DNA from: Epithemia pelagica
Taxonomy: Eukaryota; Protista; Bacillariophyta
DNA: 64,000 nt
Direction of reading: 5' to 3'
NCBI GenBank assembly: GCA_946965045.2
Contig: OX337233.1
Coordinates: 1,674,001 to 1,738,000 of the forward strand
The notes below the pieces were generated by a model that saw nothing but the letters and a program-made list of their open reading frames with translations, had not been told where the DNA came from and did no database searches. A program made the position numbers and the translations under genes. Of this stretch, positions 21,779-34,300 are shown piece by piece. Each line of letters starts with the position of its first letter. Position 1 is the first letter of the stretch.

Positions 21779-24700
21779 TCAATCAGAATCCTTGGTGTAA
21801 CAACATCCCAAGTGAAAATCAATAGGTCCATCTCCTTTGAGTTTGAAGTTGTATTTCTCCTTCAGGATCTTGCAGATATTCCCAGGATCAGTAGAAATAA
21901 TGGCTAAGTCATCAACGTATACGGCAATGTATTCGTAACAGTCTTCTCCAGGTGCCTTCCTCATCCAGATATCCGGATCTGCTTTGCTTGGTGAAAATCC
22001 CATGTCTGTCAAAACATCGAATAAGACATCATGCCAGCGTGCGCCTGATGACTTCAATCCATAAAGTGCCTTGTATATAATCAGGATGTGACCTTCTAAT
22101 TCCTTGAATTCAGGTCCTGCGACAATGAAAATTTTCTCCCCTGTCAAGGCTTCCAGATATGCGTTTCCAATATCTGCTCCCCATATTTCCAAGTCATTCA
22201 AAGTACCCAGGAATAAGGCAATGCGGAGGTTGCGAATGGAAACAACACCTGAATAGATTGTCTCAACAGGTTCTTTTGTGAGATGTCCATCTGCGACAAG
22301 TCTTGCTTTATGTCGTCCATCATGTTTTACGTCAAAGACAAGATGTACACGTATCTTATGATATCCTTCAGGTGCATTGGATACTTTCCCTTTAATGAAG
22401 ATGGCTTTCCCAAAATCCTTGAATGTCTTGTAGGACTGGATCTGTGACAATTCTAATTCTGTTGCATCTTGCCACTTTGTGTTGCCATGTTGTTTATCAA
22501 GAGCGACAGCTTCCTCATAATTGCGTGGTACTTGGAATCCAAACTTATACTTGACGGAATGGTGAACTTGTTTAATCCTTGACTGTTTGGCTGCTCGAAT
22601 GAGACGTTTGCTTGTTTTGACATAACGTTTCAAATGCTTCCATCCAGGTTCGTTGAGTAAATCATGTTTCTTTCCATAAATTGCTACAGTGATCGGATCA
22701 TCATTGGCGATGAGTGATAAAGGTTCATAGGTAGTCTCCCCAGTTTCCCAATCAACAAGCAAATTATATTTGCTCCCCTTGTAATCTGGATCAGTTGTGT
22801 TCAGTGGACCTTGATGGGCAATGACGTCCCTGAACCTGAAAAGATTATCTCCAGAGGTTTGAGCTTGGTTATCTCGTTCGATATACTCCATGAGTTGATT
22901 ATAGGATATCATCTCATCAACATCAGAACTTGTCTTTCGGTAGATGTACTTGACACGTTCTTCCTGTTTCGTTGCTTCTTCATTAAGATCAATGACTCGT
23001 TTGATGACACGTGCACGGTGTCGCTCCCCATTTTCTTCTGTGTCGCATAGGAATGTGCGTCCTATCATGTCGTCAAAATCGATCGTGGGCATTGGTTTGG
23101 ATGGATCTTCACTATCACTGCGAATGAAGACAGTGTCAGCTTGCTTATCATTGTCATCCTTCTCAGACGAATCCTCCCCTGAAGGTCGATCCACACGTAG
23201 GTTAGGTGTAGTGGATTCAACACGGCGAACGGCAGAACGGTAGATTATCTGGTTATCCTGGGTGAGAATCTTCCAAGTAAAAGAATCACCAACGTTGTGA
23301 GCAAAACCAACCCAGTGGCCAAGTTTCTCATCAGAAGAAGATGGATATGAACCGGAATTGGGTTCAGCGGGGTCGACACGGTAGTAAACCTCATCCCAGA
23401 AAGGAAAGAACAAGAGATGAGTAATGTCGGGTGGGCGTCCGGAGAGAGCCTCAAGAGGAGTGCGACCGGAGTGTGTGGGTGATGACGTATGGTTCAATAA
23501 GTCACAGACATACTCAAGGCAAAGAAGCCAGGTGTTGGCAGGGCAACCAGTGGCATTCATGAGAGCGTTGGTCATACGTTTAACGGTCTGGTAACGGTTT
23601 TCAGCCTTATTCTGGTGTTGATGATAAGGTTCGGATCGATACTCCCCAATAAGCAAAGTGCGAAGAATGTCTTTAACCTTTTGAGAGATGAGAGATGAAC
23701 CACCATCACTGATAAGAGTCTCCATGGCACCACGAAACCGGATGTTGTCCTGAAGAGTATTGACAAACTGTTTGGTTGGCTTGATCCCATAGATATCAGT
23801 AACCAGAGTATCTCGACCAACAAAGATTTGTGCGACTTTACCGCCATGGTCAACAGCAGGGGTGTCGGAGAAAACCGAGTCAGTAGCAACGGGTTCATGG
23901 CGTCGAGGTATATTAAGGACTGGATTGCGAGCCTTGAAATGTTTCTTAAGGGTGTCGTGGTCAAAAGTAATGCTACCATTACGTGTAGTGTGCTTGAACG
24001 TATCGGCAATAACATCTTCAGATTGCCAACCAAAGAATGGACGGAACTTCTTCCAGTCATACGCTTCCTGGTAACGACGGTGGACAGAGGCATGAAGTGT
24101 AGGATCATTACCTTCTGCGTCAGCATAGATAGAAAAGAAGGGTGCGTCGTCAGGTCCATGATCGTATGGGAGATCCAAAAGGAGATTGAGGTTACAAACA
24201 ACACGATCAGTGTACTCCCCATAGTTGTCATATGGATGGTTTGACATACTACCATCAGTCTTGACGTGTTTCCAATCAGGATCATTGTCAGAGGGTGTGG
24301 GAGAATACGAATGGTCCAGAACACCAGGATCCCATGTGTCGGGTGACGTGAAGATGATCTGAGGTAAGGTATCCATGTCATCGTCGCTGGGGATACCCAA
24401 GGAGTGGATGTAGGCTAACCCATCCTTGATGTGAAGAGGTATGGCACGACCATCAAGTGTAGTGATGCGTTGTTTACCATCAACTTTAACAGGTCGTTCA
24501 TCAACAGCAAGTCCGAAATGCTCGAATTGACCAGGAGCATGGATAGATAAGCCCTTCCCATAATAAGCATATTCATTGAAGATGCCGACAATAGGTCCGT
24601 CATTGGTCTCAAACTTTGCGGCACATGTGACGACAGGAAGTCCAGTAAGTTCATGGTTATCAATACCCACAATAGTGATATGGCGGCCAGTCTTAGAAAG

Positions 24701-26476
24701 GATGCGCATGTCAGAACCAGCAAGTCCTCCATTAGCACCACGGTCAATCAATTGATTCCCTGGTAAAGTAGATTTCCTGGAAAACAGATAGCGTGGAACA
24801 TGTCCTGCTTGTTTATGCATGTTGGCTTTGAAAGTAACCTTCTTGCTCGTCTTGGACTTGGCGTTAGAAAGAACACTAGTCAGGTCAGTTGCCGGGTGAT
24901 TGATATCAGTCGTCATGGCTTGGTTGATAAATTGTGTAACCGGATCTGAATCATCTGAATGCTCAGGGACTACGCCAGGTGAGTCGTCATCAGATGCAAC
25001 TTGGTTGGGGTCAGGGTCAGGTTCCGGATCAATGTCGAGGGCATGTGTTTGCACTGTCCTCGGTGTTGTTGATGAAGGTGCTTGAATCATCTTGTTATAC
25101 TCAATGATCAACTTGCGATCTTCTTCAGAAAGTTTGAACCATAGGTCACGCGGTAGACTAACCTTGGACGAAGAGGATGGAGATTCAGATGTCGCTTTGG
25201 TGTTGTGGACATGATACTCCATATCATCTTGTGAGGTTATGTCAGCATCTGTATCTTGGCCATATAGTGATTCATGTTGTTTGACATGTCGACGGCGACT
25301 ATGAACAGATGACTGGGTTGCTTGATCATGGTCATAAGCTGCGTCTAGAAGGAGACGGAAGTATGATTGATAGCAAAGGGATTTTGCACCGGATTTGGTG
25401 TTCACCACATTATCCAAGATCTTGACTCGGCGGAGATCAGGTACCTTTTCTACAGCTTGCATGAGGAAGGTCATCCTGGTATGATCAGGGATGCGATCAG
25501 ACAATGTCACTAAATTGTCTAGCAAACGTAGCTGCTCTTGAAAGTGTAGAAGAAATTGACGTGTTGTTCCGCGCCATGTGTCGTCAAGACGTAGATTGGA
25601 AATGTAGTTGGTTAAGCGGAGGACTTCTCGCTTTGCTAGGTCGGATTCGGTATGCAAAGAGTGTAACTTCTGCAATACGGCACGCGCATCTTCATCATGT
25701 TCATGTTCACGTACATAGGCTCGACCTTGGTCAGTCTGAATGATACGGACAAGAACGGAGTAAAGAAATACTTGTTGCTCTTGAAAAAGTTCTTCGGCAT
25801 ACTCATCATCATGGGGTGGTGTGTATTTGAAATTCAGAACGTTGGATAGGCCTTGAGCCTTAGCTGTAGTCTTGAATACACGCCAGAATGAATCGTAGTA
25901 TCGTTCATCCTTGAATACCTCATATGCAGTTGCGTCGCGCTTAGTTCCCTTTCTGAATGCTGTAAGGTCTTGTTGAGATTGGGATGCGGCAGTAACTGTG
26001 CTGACAGATTTCACAGATGACGGTGACTTCATTGGTGAGACTGGGACTTGGCTAGGTGGTCCCTTAGAGAAATCTGTGTTGATCCTCCAAGTGTTGAACT
26101 CTTTCCTCGTTAGGTTCATCCAGTCGCTATTGGATAGCTCGTCTTGAATTTCATTGGTCTTGTATGTGGCCCAATAAGCCAAGAGCTTGATCTGCTGTCT
26201 TGTGGGGCCTTGTAGATCATGTGTCTGTTTGTTGACCTTGTATTGTGTCAGTTCTTTCATGGATTCCTCGGTATTAGTTTGCATATACGAGATAACATGG
26301 GTAATGTTCTCAAAACCATGGTATTTCATCCACTTCATTAAGTAGTCGGCCCTTTCTTTGGTGAAGAATTGGCAGACAGTAAATATGATGTGGTCGAATA
26401 GGTCTGTGTCCGAGACATTGTCTTGGTTATCTTCTCCCTTAGGAGTCGTAGGTGTCTTGGGTGATTGAGGATCCAT
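21779..26476 (-). CDS. gag-pol: Copia gag-pol polyprotein, copy 3
   Basis: Translation identical to 759-5456. Confidence 0.95.
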   Translation of the reverse strand: MDPQSPKTPTTPKGEDNQDNVSDTDLFDHIIFTVCQFFTKERADYLMKWMKYHGFENITHVISYMQTNTEESMKELTQYKVNKQTHDLQGPTRQQIKLLAYWATYKTNEIQDELSNSDWMNLTRKEFNTWRINTDFSKGPPSQVPVSPMKSPSSVKSVSTVTAASQSQQDLTAFRKGTKRDATAYEVFKDERYYDSFWRVFKTTAKAQGLSNVLNFKYTPPHDDEYAEELFQEQQVFLYSVLVRIIQTDQGRAYVREHEHDEDARAVLQKLHSLHTESDLAKREVLRLTNYISNLRLDDTWRGTTRQFLLHFQEQLRLLDNLVTLSDRIPDHTRMTFLMQAVEKVPDLRRVKILDNVVNTKSGAKSLCYQSYFRLLLDAAYDHDQATQSSVHSRRRHVKQHESLYGQDTDADITSQDDMEYHVHNTKATSESPSSSSKVSLPRDLWFKLSEEDRKLIIEYNKMIQAPSSTTPRTVQTHALDIDPEPDPDPNQVASDDDSPGVVPEHSDDSDPVTQFINQAMTTDINHPATDLTSVLSNAKSKTSKKVTFKANMHKQAGHVPRYLFSRKSTLPGNQLIDRGANGGLAGSDMRILSKTGRHITIVGIDNHELTGLPVVTCAAKFETNDGPIVGIFNEYAYYGKGLSIHAPGQFEHFGLAVDERPVKVDGKQRITTLDGRAIPLHIKDGLAYIHSLGIPSDDDMDTLPQIIFTSPDTWDPGVLDHSYSPTPSDNDPDWKHVKTDGSMSNHPYDNYGEYTDRVVCNLNLLLDLPYDHGPDDAPFFSIYADAEGNDPTLHASVHRRYQEAYDWKKFRPFFGWQSEDVIADTFKHTTRNGSITFDHDTLKKHFKARNPVLNIPRRHEPVATDSVFSDTPAVDHGGKVAQIFVGRDTLVTDIYGIKPTKQFVNTLQDNIRFRGAMETLISDGGSSLISQKVKDILRTLLIGEYRSEPYHQHQNKAENRYQTVKRMTNALMNATGCPANTWLLCLEYVCDLLNHTSSPTHSGRTPLEALSGRPPDITHLLFFPFWDEVYYRVDPAEPNSGSYPSSSDEKLGHWVGFAHNVGDSFTWKILTQDNQIIYRSAVRRVESTTPNLRVDRPSGEDSSEKDDNDKQADTVFIRSDSEDPSKPMPTIDFDDMIGRTFLCDTEENGERHRARVIKRVIDLNEEATKQEERVKYIYRKTSSDVDEMISYNQLMEYIERDNQAQTSGDNLFRFRDVIAHQGPLNTTDPDYKGSKYNLLVDWETGETTYEPLSLIANDDPITVAIYGKKHDLLNEPGWKHLKRYVKTSKRLIRAAKQSRIKQVHHSVKYKFGFQVPRNYEEAVALDKQHGNTKWQDATELELSQIQSYKTFKDFGKAIFIKGKVSNAPEGYHKIRVHLVFDVKHDGRHKARLVADGHLTKEPVETIYSGVVSIRNLRIALFLGTLNDLEIWGADIGNAYLEALTGEKIFIVAGPEFKELEGHILIIYKALYGLKSSGARWHDVLFDVLTDMGFSPSKADPDIWMRKAPGEDCYEYIAVYVDDLAIISTDPGNICKILKEKYNFKLKGDGPIDFHLGCCYTKDSD

Positions 26477-26796
26477 GGTGTTATTTGGTTGGTTCGATGT
26501 TTATTTAATGTGCGGTGTGATGTGGTTTATTTAATGTGTGATGTGATGTGAACCCGGATGTACCACGTGTGCCACGTATGTACCACGTATGTGATACCCG
26601 GATGTGTGTTGTGATGTGCGACTCCTGGAAATTTCCGTTGATTTCGACAAATTTTCACCGAGTTTCAACAAATTTTCGCCGAATTTTCGCGATTTGACGG
26701 GAATGTGTGGCGTGTTGTGCGACCAAGGGTACCCGGATGTGCGTTGAGTTTAAGTCTTGGAAAGGTTTTGAGAGGACGGGAGTTAACTATGAGTAA

Positions 26797-27576
26797 TTAA
26801 GCTTCGGTCTCTGAATCCTCACCCTCTTCCGAATGATCAGAGTCGCTTCCAGGCTCAGATGGGGCAGCACAAGCAACAGAAGAAGGGGTATCACCTTCAG
26901 CCAGGTGGTTCTCGACCTCGGTACGCAAAGGGTAGATAGTTGCACGATGGTCCTCGATGGTATGGACCTCGTGGATGTAGGCAACGTAGTTATCTAGGCG
27001 TACAACGTTAGGAGGCAGAGGGCAAGTCGTCGCGTTCACGACGTGGATGGCATTGTAGTATCCAGTTGGGCGCTCGAAGGTTAGGAAGCGGAGGTGGACA
27101 GTACGGATGGGGTTGCCCGAGAGGGCGGCAAAGATGAGGCGACGCCTCGGAGAACGATGAAGTTGGTCGTTCAGACGGTCAATGTCTTCTTGGTCGACGA
27201 TGTGGGTCACCGATTGGAACTGGCGTTCGATCTGGGTCTCCCCACGGATGATCTCGGGATCGAAGGTCGAACAAGTTGGTTGGCGGAAGTACTTGATATG
27301 ATCAGCAATCAACCGGGTGGTACGACGGGATCGAGAAGGGACGAGCCGACGAGGCGGACTCGGGGGCCGAAGCAACGGCGCAGGGATCGGAGCGTGAGGT
27401 TGGGTTGGAGTCTCGAATGGGTTGCTGTTGGAACTGTCGACGGAGATGTTGACCGATGTGTTGGCTGCCTTCGGCGTCGGCACCAGTTCCTGCTGCACCA
27501 GGGTATCGGGCTGCCCGGGATGCAGGTTGGCTCGATAGATCTGTCGTACAGGAGTGATAATCTCGTTAGTATCCAT
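26797..27576 (-). CDS. Extra 259-aa ORF, copy 3
   Basis: Translation identical to 5777-6556. Confidence 0.7.
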   Translation of the reverse strand: MDTNEIITPVRQIYRANLHPGQPDTLVQQELVPTPKAANTSVNISVDSSNSNPFETPTQPHAPIPAPLLRPPSPPRRLVPSRSRRTTRLIADHIKYFRQPTCSTFDPEIIRGETQIERQFQSVTHIVDQEDIDRLNDQLHRSPRRRLIFAALSGNPIRTVHLRFLTFERPTGYYNAIHVVNATTCPLPPNVVRLDNYVAYIHEVHTIEDHRATIYPLRTEVENHLAEGDTPSSVACAAPSEPGSDSDHSEEGEDSETEA

Positions 27577-27612
27577 GAAACCACAAGGAAATAAGCTTTG
27601 AGACTGTTAATC

Positions 27613-28395
27613 TGTTACAATTCTTTCTGAATCGTAGGGACATTGATGCTCGGTAGAGCAGACAATCAGGTAGGTCACCAACCGATACAAGCTTCTCAGG
27701 GTCAGAGAAGCAAGCAAGTCGAAGTCTATCAGAAGGATAGTCGGGACACAAAAGAGGATGTGATAAATGGTGATATTGTTAGATTGTGTGTTGATTACTA
27801 CGATAGGTCTACGTGAAATGTTCGGTCCTGCCAAGGGTCATGTGTCATAGGTTCTTGGCGGCAACAGGTTTGGAATAGTTGGAGTCGATTCATGTGATGT
27901 ATATGACATGTATATGTGGGCGGATAACATATACAGGGTCAACAGCTCTTGCTTTGGGTTGGCATAGTTGTTTTCATGGCGCGCAGCTTGTTGACAATTT
28001 GGAGATTGTGGGAATGGAAATATGGTCTCGCGTGATCGTGTGTCGTGCTTGGGATACTTAGACCGTTGGATCGGATAGATGCCGATAGCGCTCGGATGTC
28101 GCTTGGGCGCGCTCGATGATTTCGGGCGCGTACGCTTAGGGCGTTAGTATAATGTCCGAGCAACGGCCAAATTTATGTCCGTTGTAATACCGCACGACCC
28201 AGTTTAGTCTTGAGAGTGAGTTCGTCAATCTATTCTCACTTTTCATGATTTGCGAAGAAATATAGGTCGATATAGCGCGAAGCTAGGGAACATAGCTCGA
28301 AGCTAGATGGCATGATGCGATAGCACGAGGCTATGTGACATGGGGAATCGATGAGATGTAGAATCTAACCACCATAGACGGTGAGAATTCTAACA
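27613..28395 (-). repeat. 5' LTR, copy 3
   Basis: Copy of 6593-7375 at +21020. Confidence 0.7.
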
Positions 28396-31300
28396 GTTAG
28401 TGCTGGGCACTTGGCAGGGAGATGGTGACTGGCACGTACCGGGCAGCACACTTTTTCTAGAGATCGACCATGGCGCGCAAATTGTTCGTTCAACCCTCAC
28501 CCCTTACCACCAAAACCTTTTTCACAATTGGCAAGCCAACGACCTCAACCCTCACCCCTTACCACCAAAACCTTTTTCACAATTGGCAGGCCAACGACCT
28601 CAACCTCTTTAACACACCTTCCGCAGTGCCTTCGCTGCATTGTCTTCCCTCCAGGTTTCCATCTGTGTAGTATCTACTTCAACGGTGGCGCTCCATCAGA
28701 GCCCGAGGGCGCATTGTGGACGCATTGGAATCGAAAGGAAAAGCAGACGGTGGAACTCAATGCCATGGGCCAGTGGAAATGACACCAAAACAATCCCAAC
28801 CTTAGATTCTTCGTCTTCACCACAATATAACAGATTGGACCCTTCCCTTGCAACAACTGCACATTCGTCAGAGACTGGCAACGTGCCACATCTTGGAGAA
28901 ACAGTCGACCACCAAAGCACCCCTGCTGAAAGTAACCGACAGTTGCTATCAGTCGTATCAGTTTGTGAGCAAAATTACCAACAACAACAGAAGACCCTTG
29001 TAGCCATGTGCTATGGTCTCCAAGGCGAGGCAAATAGACACTTTTGTGATCCTAGGGAAGACCCGGTGTACAAGAAAGCAAAGAACAAGCAGCAACTCTT
29101 CCCATCGGCTGAAGATTATAAACACAAAGTTCTTCGCAGAAACCGTGTCGAGGAGTGTGGGGTTCGACATCGTGGGGCGACTGCTGAGCTTCGGTACTTG
29201 GATGAAGGGGCATCACAATTGATGGAAGAGGATGGTTGCCGATTTCTAAAGGGACAAAGGGATTGAAACCATATTGGGTGTTCCAAGATGGGGCAGATGG
29301 TTTGCAGAGATACGGCAGAAAAGGTAGCAGGTTGCAGGGTTTGTGAAGAAATAATTCCAGATATTGTTCATTGAATTTGGAAATTGACGAAGGAAAAATG
29401 AATGGAATTTGTTGATCATCATGGGGGAAAGATTTGCTCGGAAAAGCTGGTCAAAGTAGATCGCAGCTGCTAAGACAAATTTTTGATGTGTGAACAGGGC
29501 ATCGGCTGCCCTTTGAGGGGGAGGAGTACTAAAGGACAAGATGTGAAAAATTGGTCAAGGGACTTGTGACAAGTCACATGTTTGTTGTCTGAATTGCCAG
29601 AAGAGGGGTATGGAAGAGTTCAAGACGAGACGAATAAGAACAACTTTACGCAAACGGTGTTCAATGATCGGCAACATTCTCCAAGCTCTCCAAAATTTTG
29701 CATGTATCAACTCAAGTCCAGATAAAACCCCTCTCTCAGCAGAAGGTCTTAAATTACGAAAATCAGTTTGTCTTTTGACCGATTTTGCATAATCAATGAT
29801 GAAATTTAACAACTACACCTCTCGTCTAGGACAATCGTCCTCATCACAGTCGTCGGCTAGAGAACTAGAAGTTCCACAACCTCTGTCTAATGCAATGGGA
29901 ATGGATACTCTGGTGTCACAATTTTCCCAGCTCATCAAACACAATCAAGTACAGTGCACATGCGCAAATCCACGAGCGACACAAAACGTGCAACATTTGC
30001 CATGACGGTCACAGCATCCGGGAAGGTCCTCAAGCTAATGCTTATTTTCAAGGGAAAATGTCAGGGCCGGATTGTAGCAAAAGAATTCCCAACATTCCCT
30101 GACAGTTGCATTTATGCCTGTCAGGAACTTGGATGGACAAGAAATGTATGTTTTTGTTAAGATGGTGAACAAAGCGTTGATATCAAAAGGGAAAAAATAA
30201 GATTATGGGTTCTGCTTTCCTTTGACGACGTCAGCCCAACTAGCTTGTTTTCGCATTGTCTTTGTTTCACGAGTTCTCTGGCGAGCGTCGTTAACGCGCC
30301 GGGCGACTATCTCATTACTTTCTTCCGTCTCTTGTGTCTCATTTCCAACACCCCCCACTCCTGAGATCAAGGGAACCAAGATGTCACGGAGCTCACGGAA
30401 ATGGGCCACGTCTCGATGTTCTTTTGTCAGCGAGTTGGCTGGGTTGACTTTCCCAGGGATATGATGCACGGCAATTTCTTGGTCGCGGATGGCATCTCGA
30501 ACAGCAATTTCGCGCATGTTAAGATGGCGTAATCGCTTAGTAATAGCCCCTGTACTACTCCAATCAACGGCCCCTTTGTTGTCGTTGAAGATAGGAATAG
30601 GATGGGCAGTGGATGGAAGTAGGTTCATCTCGTCCATCAGATAAATGTTCCAAAATTCCAAATAAGGCACTTAATTTCTATATCGCCTTGGATTTTAACG
30701 AGTGGTGTGAAAGCGCCACCGGAGGTAGTGGTGCTGCCGGACGGTTCAACTGGGCACACGTCCAAGGGGAATTCACCTGGTTTGGACGAAGACAGCGAGT
30801 AAGGAGAGATGAGAAACGAGATGGAGGAGATGGGGGAGTTGATTACAGAGTTGGATTCGATTGCAGGACATCAAGTGGAGATGGCAGAGGTTATGAAGGA
30901 GTTGGGATGGATGGTGGAGCGACAGGTGGAGATAGCGGATAGACTGCATCAACTGAAACTGTTGGCCGAGACGAGGTTGCAGCGCGCACGGGACGTCGTA
31001 TGTAAAAGGAGACGGCACGGGAGACCTGGAGCCGGATGGGCAAGGGCCAGATGGGAGAGACGGCGAGACTCCACAGAGTCGATCTGACAGCGGAACTCCC
31101 CGCGGTCGATGGAGATGGCGAGTTGCACGAAAGTCAGTCGGTGGGGTGAGTCCGCGAGGACGACGGGTCAGTCGGGGTTCTCGAGACAGCAGCGGAAGAC
31201 CTGTGGTGGGTGACAGGGTGAGAGTGTTGAACCCGGTTGATCCACAGCGGGGAAAAGAAAGGAGCAGTGCAGATCATTACTGTCCTTATCTCCTCCTTAC

Positions 31301-34300
31301 TGAGTACCAACTATAAGGATGGAACAATTTATCGTCCCGAACCTCAGTATGTAACCTGTTTCCGTGAGAGTGCCAAGAAACAACTCTTCGCTCCATACCA
31401 ATCTACATGAAAAACATTGATCAATGTTTAAGAATCTGCTGTGTAAAAGTGAACCTGATTCCAGGGGAACCCCAAGAAAAAACATATAGCAATCAGAGAA
31501 GCATTTTCATTGGTTTCCAAAACACCAGAGATGTGTAAAACAAGGGTATTGCAAGATTGGATTTTTGTTTAGAGGAAGTTTAGAATAATGGATGATGACT
31601 CAAAACATTTGAGAGTGGAATATGGAAGGAAAAATCCAATAGAGTGGTACAACATCTGTAATCCAGATTTGATGTTGGTGGAAGTTCATCGTGCACTTTG
31701 GTCATTGCAGAGCATCACTGGCCTCCAAGAATGGTTCATTACAGAAATGTACCATGCATTGCTGGCAACAAAAAATTCTAATTCAAATGGGCTGCAACAT
31801 TGAAGATGGTGAATGATTTCATCCAATTGGTGTGACGGAAGACAAAGTGTGGTAGAAGGTTTTGAATTTGATATATCATCATTGTTGGTCATGGATATGG
31901 GAGGAATGTTTATTATTGCTTTGGCACAATGGAGGGGTTCATCAGCTACTGTTACAACCATGAAACATGGGAGCAGAAGCAAGATGGAGAAGTCCTATCC
32001 AATCTCAACAAGCAAGTGTTAAAGCACCTGCTAGATTGGAGTCTTTATGAACAGCTCTAAATTGTGTTATTTTACTGTTGAAATTTACAAAGTTCCATGT
32101 TTGAACCAGTTTGGTCAGTGTTATACAGAGCTATACCACCACAAAGGCACCCTTAGATATTTCATCACTAAGTATACCCTCACTAAGTATACCCTTGCTG
32201 TTTCTACTCTCTTTGATGGAAGTAACATCAGTATATTCTTCTTCTCTAATACTTTTGGAACACAGATGAAGACTTTGCGTACTTTGCTGTGATGGCTATG
32301 GCTAAAAAGAGTTGGTTGGAAATGATGTCCTTTTTCATTTGTCTTTTCCCCCATGGACAAAAAAGATTTCCCTTGGTAACATGGGCATACTTGTCTCCTT
32401 CGAAGCCACAAATGAACATATGTGACTGCTGCAAGTGCATTCATCTTAAGGCTGAAGAATTTGTCTGTAACAGTGCACAATGTGTTGATTGTAAAACAAC
32501 CACAACCACAACAACAAACAATAGTCCTCCTGATGTCTTGAGATCCTTGTTGGAATGGAAACTGTGGGAACACAGTGGCTGGAACACGAACAAAAAGCTA
32601 CACTTTCGCTGTAACGAAGTTGTGATTATGATGAATCCCATTCTTCCGTTTCTTCCCTACCAACAACAATCTTGATAAACCCTAGGGTTTATCAGCCAAT
32701 GCTCAACAAGCCGTACAGCAAGTCATACGTTGGCAGCCACTGGTACATTTGCATTCATATGTCTGCATCACCAGGTGACCACACCTCCAACTGCTGAAAA
32801 TGATATATAATGTACAACAAGATATTTACTGTAAGAAATCAGAGGAGGTGCGTGTCAACTACGTCACATATGTAGTGATGTAGTACGTGCCAATTGCCAT
32901 ACCAGAGCTGATTTTAAAATATGTATAACTGAATATTATAATAGAGTACCAACGCTTCGCTATGGGGTACGTTGCGAGACGGGCTCGCCTCCTATTTCAT
33001 TGCAGTGCGTGCCAACTTGTTGTTGGTTTGGTTGACTTCCAACAGGATGGAACGTGATATATTTGTCACATCCTTGTGTAGAGCATAATGTTCGTGCGCT
33101 TGTGAGACGATGTCGTCTTGTACTCCAATGAGGTGCGTGTCAACTACGATTGCTGAATCCGAGACGCCAACAATGAAGCAACCACAAAAAGGACGTCTCT
33201 CGAGGAATGAGGCCCTGAAATTCGCAACAAGGTCCGCTTCCAATATCCTTCCACAATGCCATCATGCTGCTACCCGCCCTCTCAACTTCTCTGAACTCTT
33301 GCGGTTCTTGGGTACCACTTCCATCAAAACCCCCTTGTTCTGTTTCGATGTGTTGCCTGACAACGAAGAAGAAAATGAGGCTGAGAACGAGCCGCCCCAA
33401 AAAAATGCACACTATTCCTACCTTTTGCATCGCAGGAAGACTGAGCGGCCGATCCCTCCCGCCGACAAAATTTACCATCTGTTCTTCGACGAGGTTTCTG
33501 CAGTCGCGTCTGGGCGTGTTGGATCTTCCCGTGACATGTTGTAAGAACATTGACTCCAATGACTGCTTCCTCTTCCGGTGTCAGAAAACCAGGTTTGAGT
33601 TTAAGAGCGTGTCGCTCTTCAAGGATTTGATTTTTGAAATTCAAAAATGTACCTTCATACAATGTACCTTCATACATTTTGTCTACAAGTGGAGTCGCGA
33701 GACTCCACAATCCAAGATCATCGGGAATTTCTTCTAAGTGTGTGTACAGTCTTTACCCGGCGACACGGCAGAGAAAAGTGATGGAAGTGACGGTTCAATA
33801 TGCCTTGAATGAGTATGGTTCCAAAGTATTCCCCATGCGAATAATCACTGGATCTTGGAATGCACGTGCAGAAGAATAGACCGTTGCTATGGGACTAGCA
33901 CAGTACTGTCGTAAGTACTGCTCTTGGAGTCCTCCCTTGGCCTCGAGCGTTTCCAACTCATTGAAAACATGTTCAAGGGACGGTACAGGATCTCGAGGAT
34001 TGTAGTGTCCATACAATCAATCACGGTCATGTTCCACACAAGCATGTACATAAGATTCGTCGTCCAGCATCTTGCACATTTCAAAAAACGAGTAACATCC
34101 ATGTAAGTAAGATATCACCAATACAGCAGATCACTCCATTCCAACAGCACATGCTTATCTTTTCTTCACACTGCCTCAAATGAAAGGGAGACAACAAAAA
34201 AGATCCAATTTCTACTTCACTGAAAAACCTCATCCGCATACTGAACTTCCCTGACAGCAAAATACTTGTATTGTGGAATCTATAGGCTTGGTGCTGGGCC

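Larger units (their letters stand above)
20927..28395 (-). mobile_element. CoDi-like copia element, array copy 3 (no PPT or 3' LTR)
   Basis: Copy of 1-7375 at +21020. Confidence 0.93.
1..31436. repeat. Head-to-tail tandem array of a 10,510-bp unit, at least 3 copies (units <1-10416, 10417-20926, 20927-31436)
   Basis: Every ORF recurs at +10510 and +21020. The array ends at 31436, where ...tcaatgtttaagaatc continues as tgctgtg instead of ggcaggg. It runs off the left edge of the window. Confidence 0.97.

Noticed and set aside
32845-33148. 19-bp direct repeat gaggtgcgtgtcaactacg at 32845 and 33130
   Set aside because: Isolated, with no element structure or TSD logic around it.
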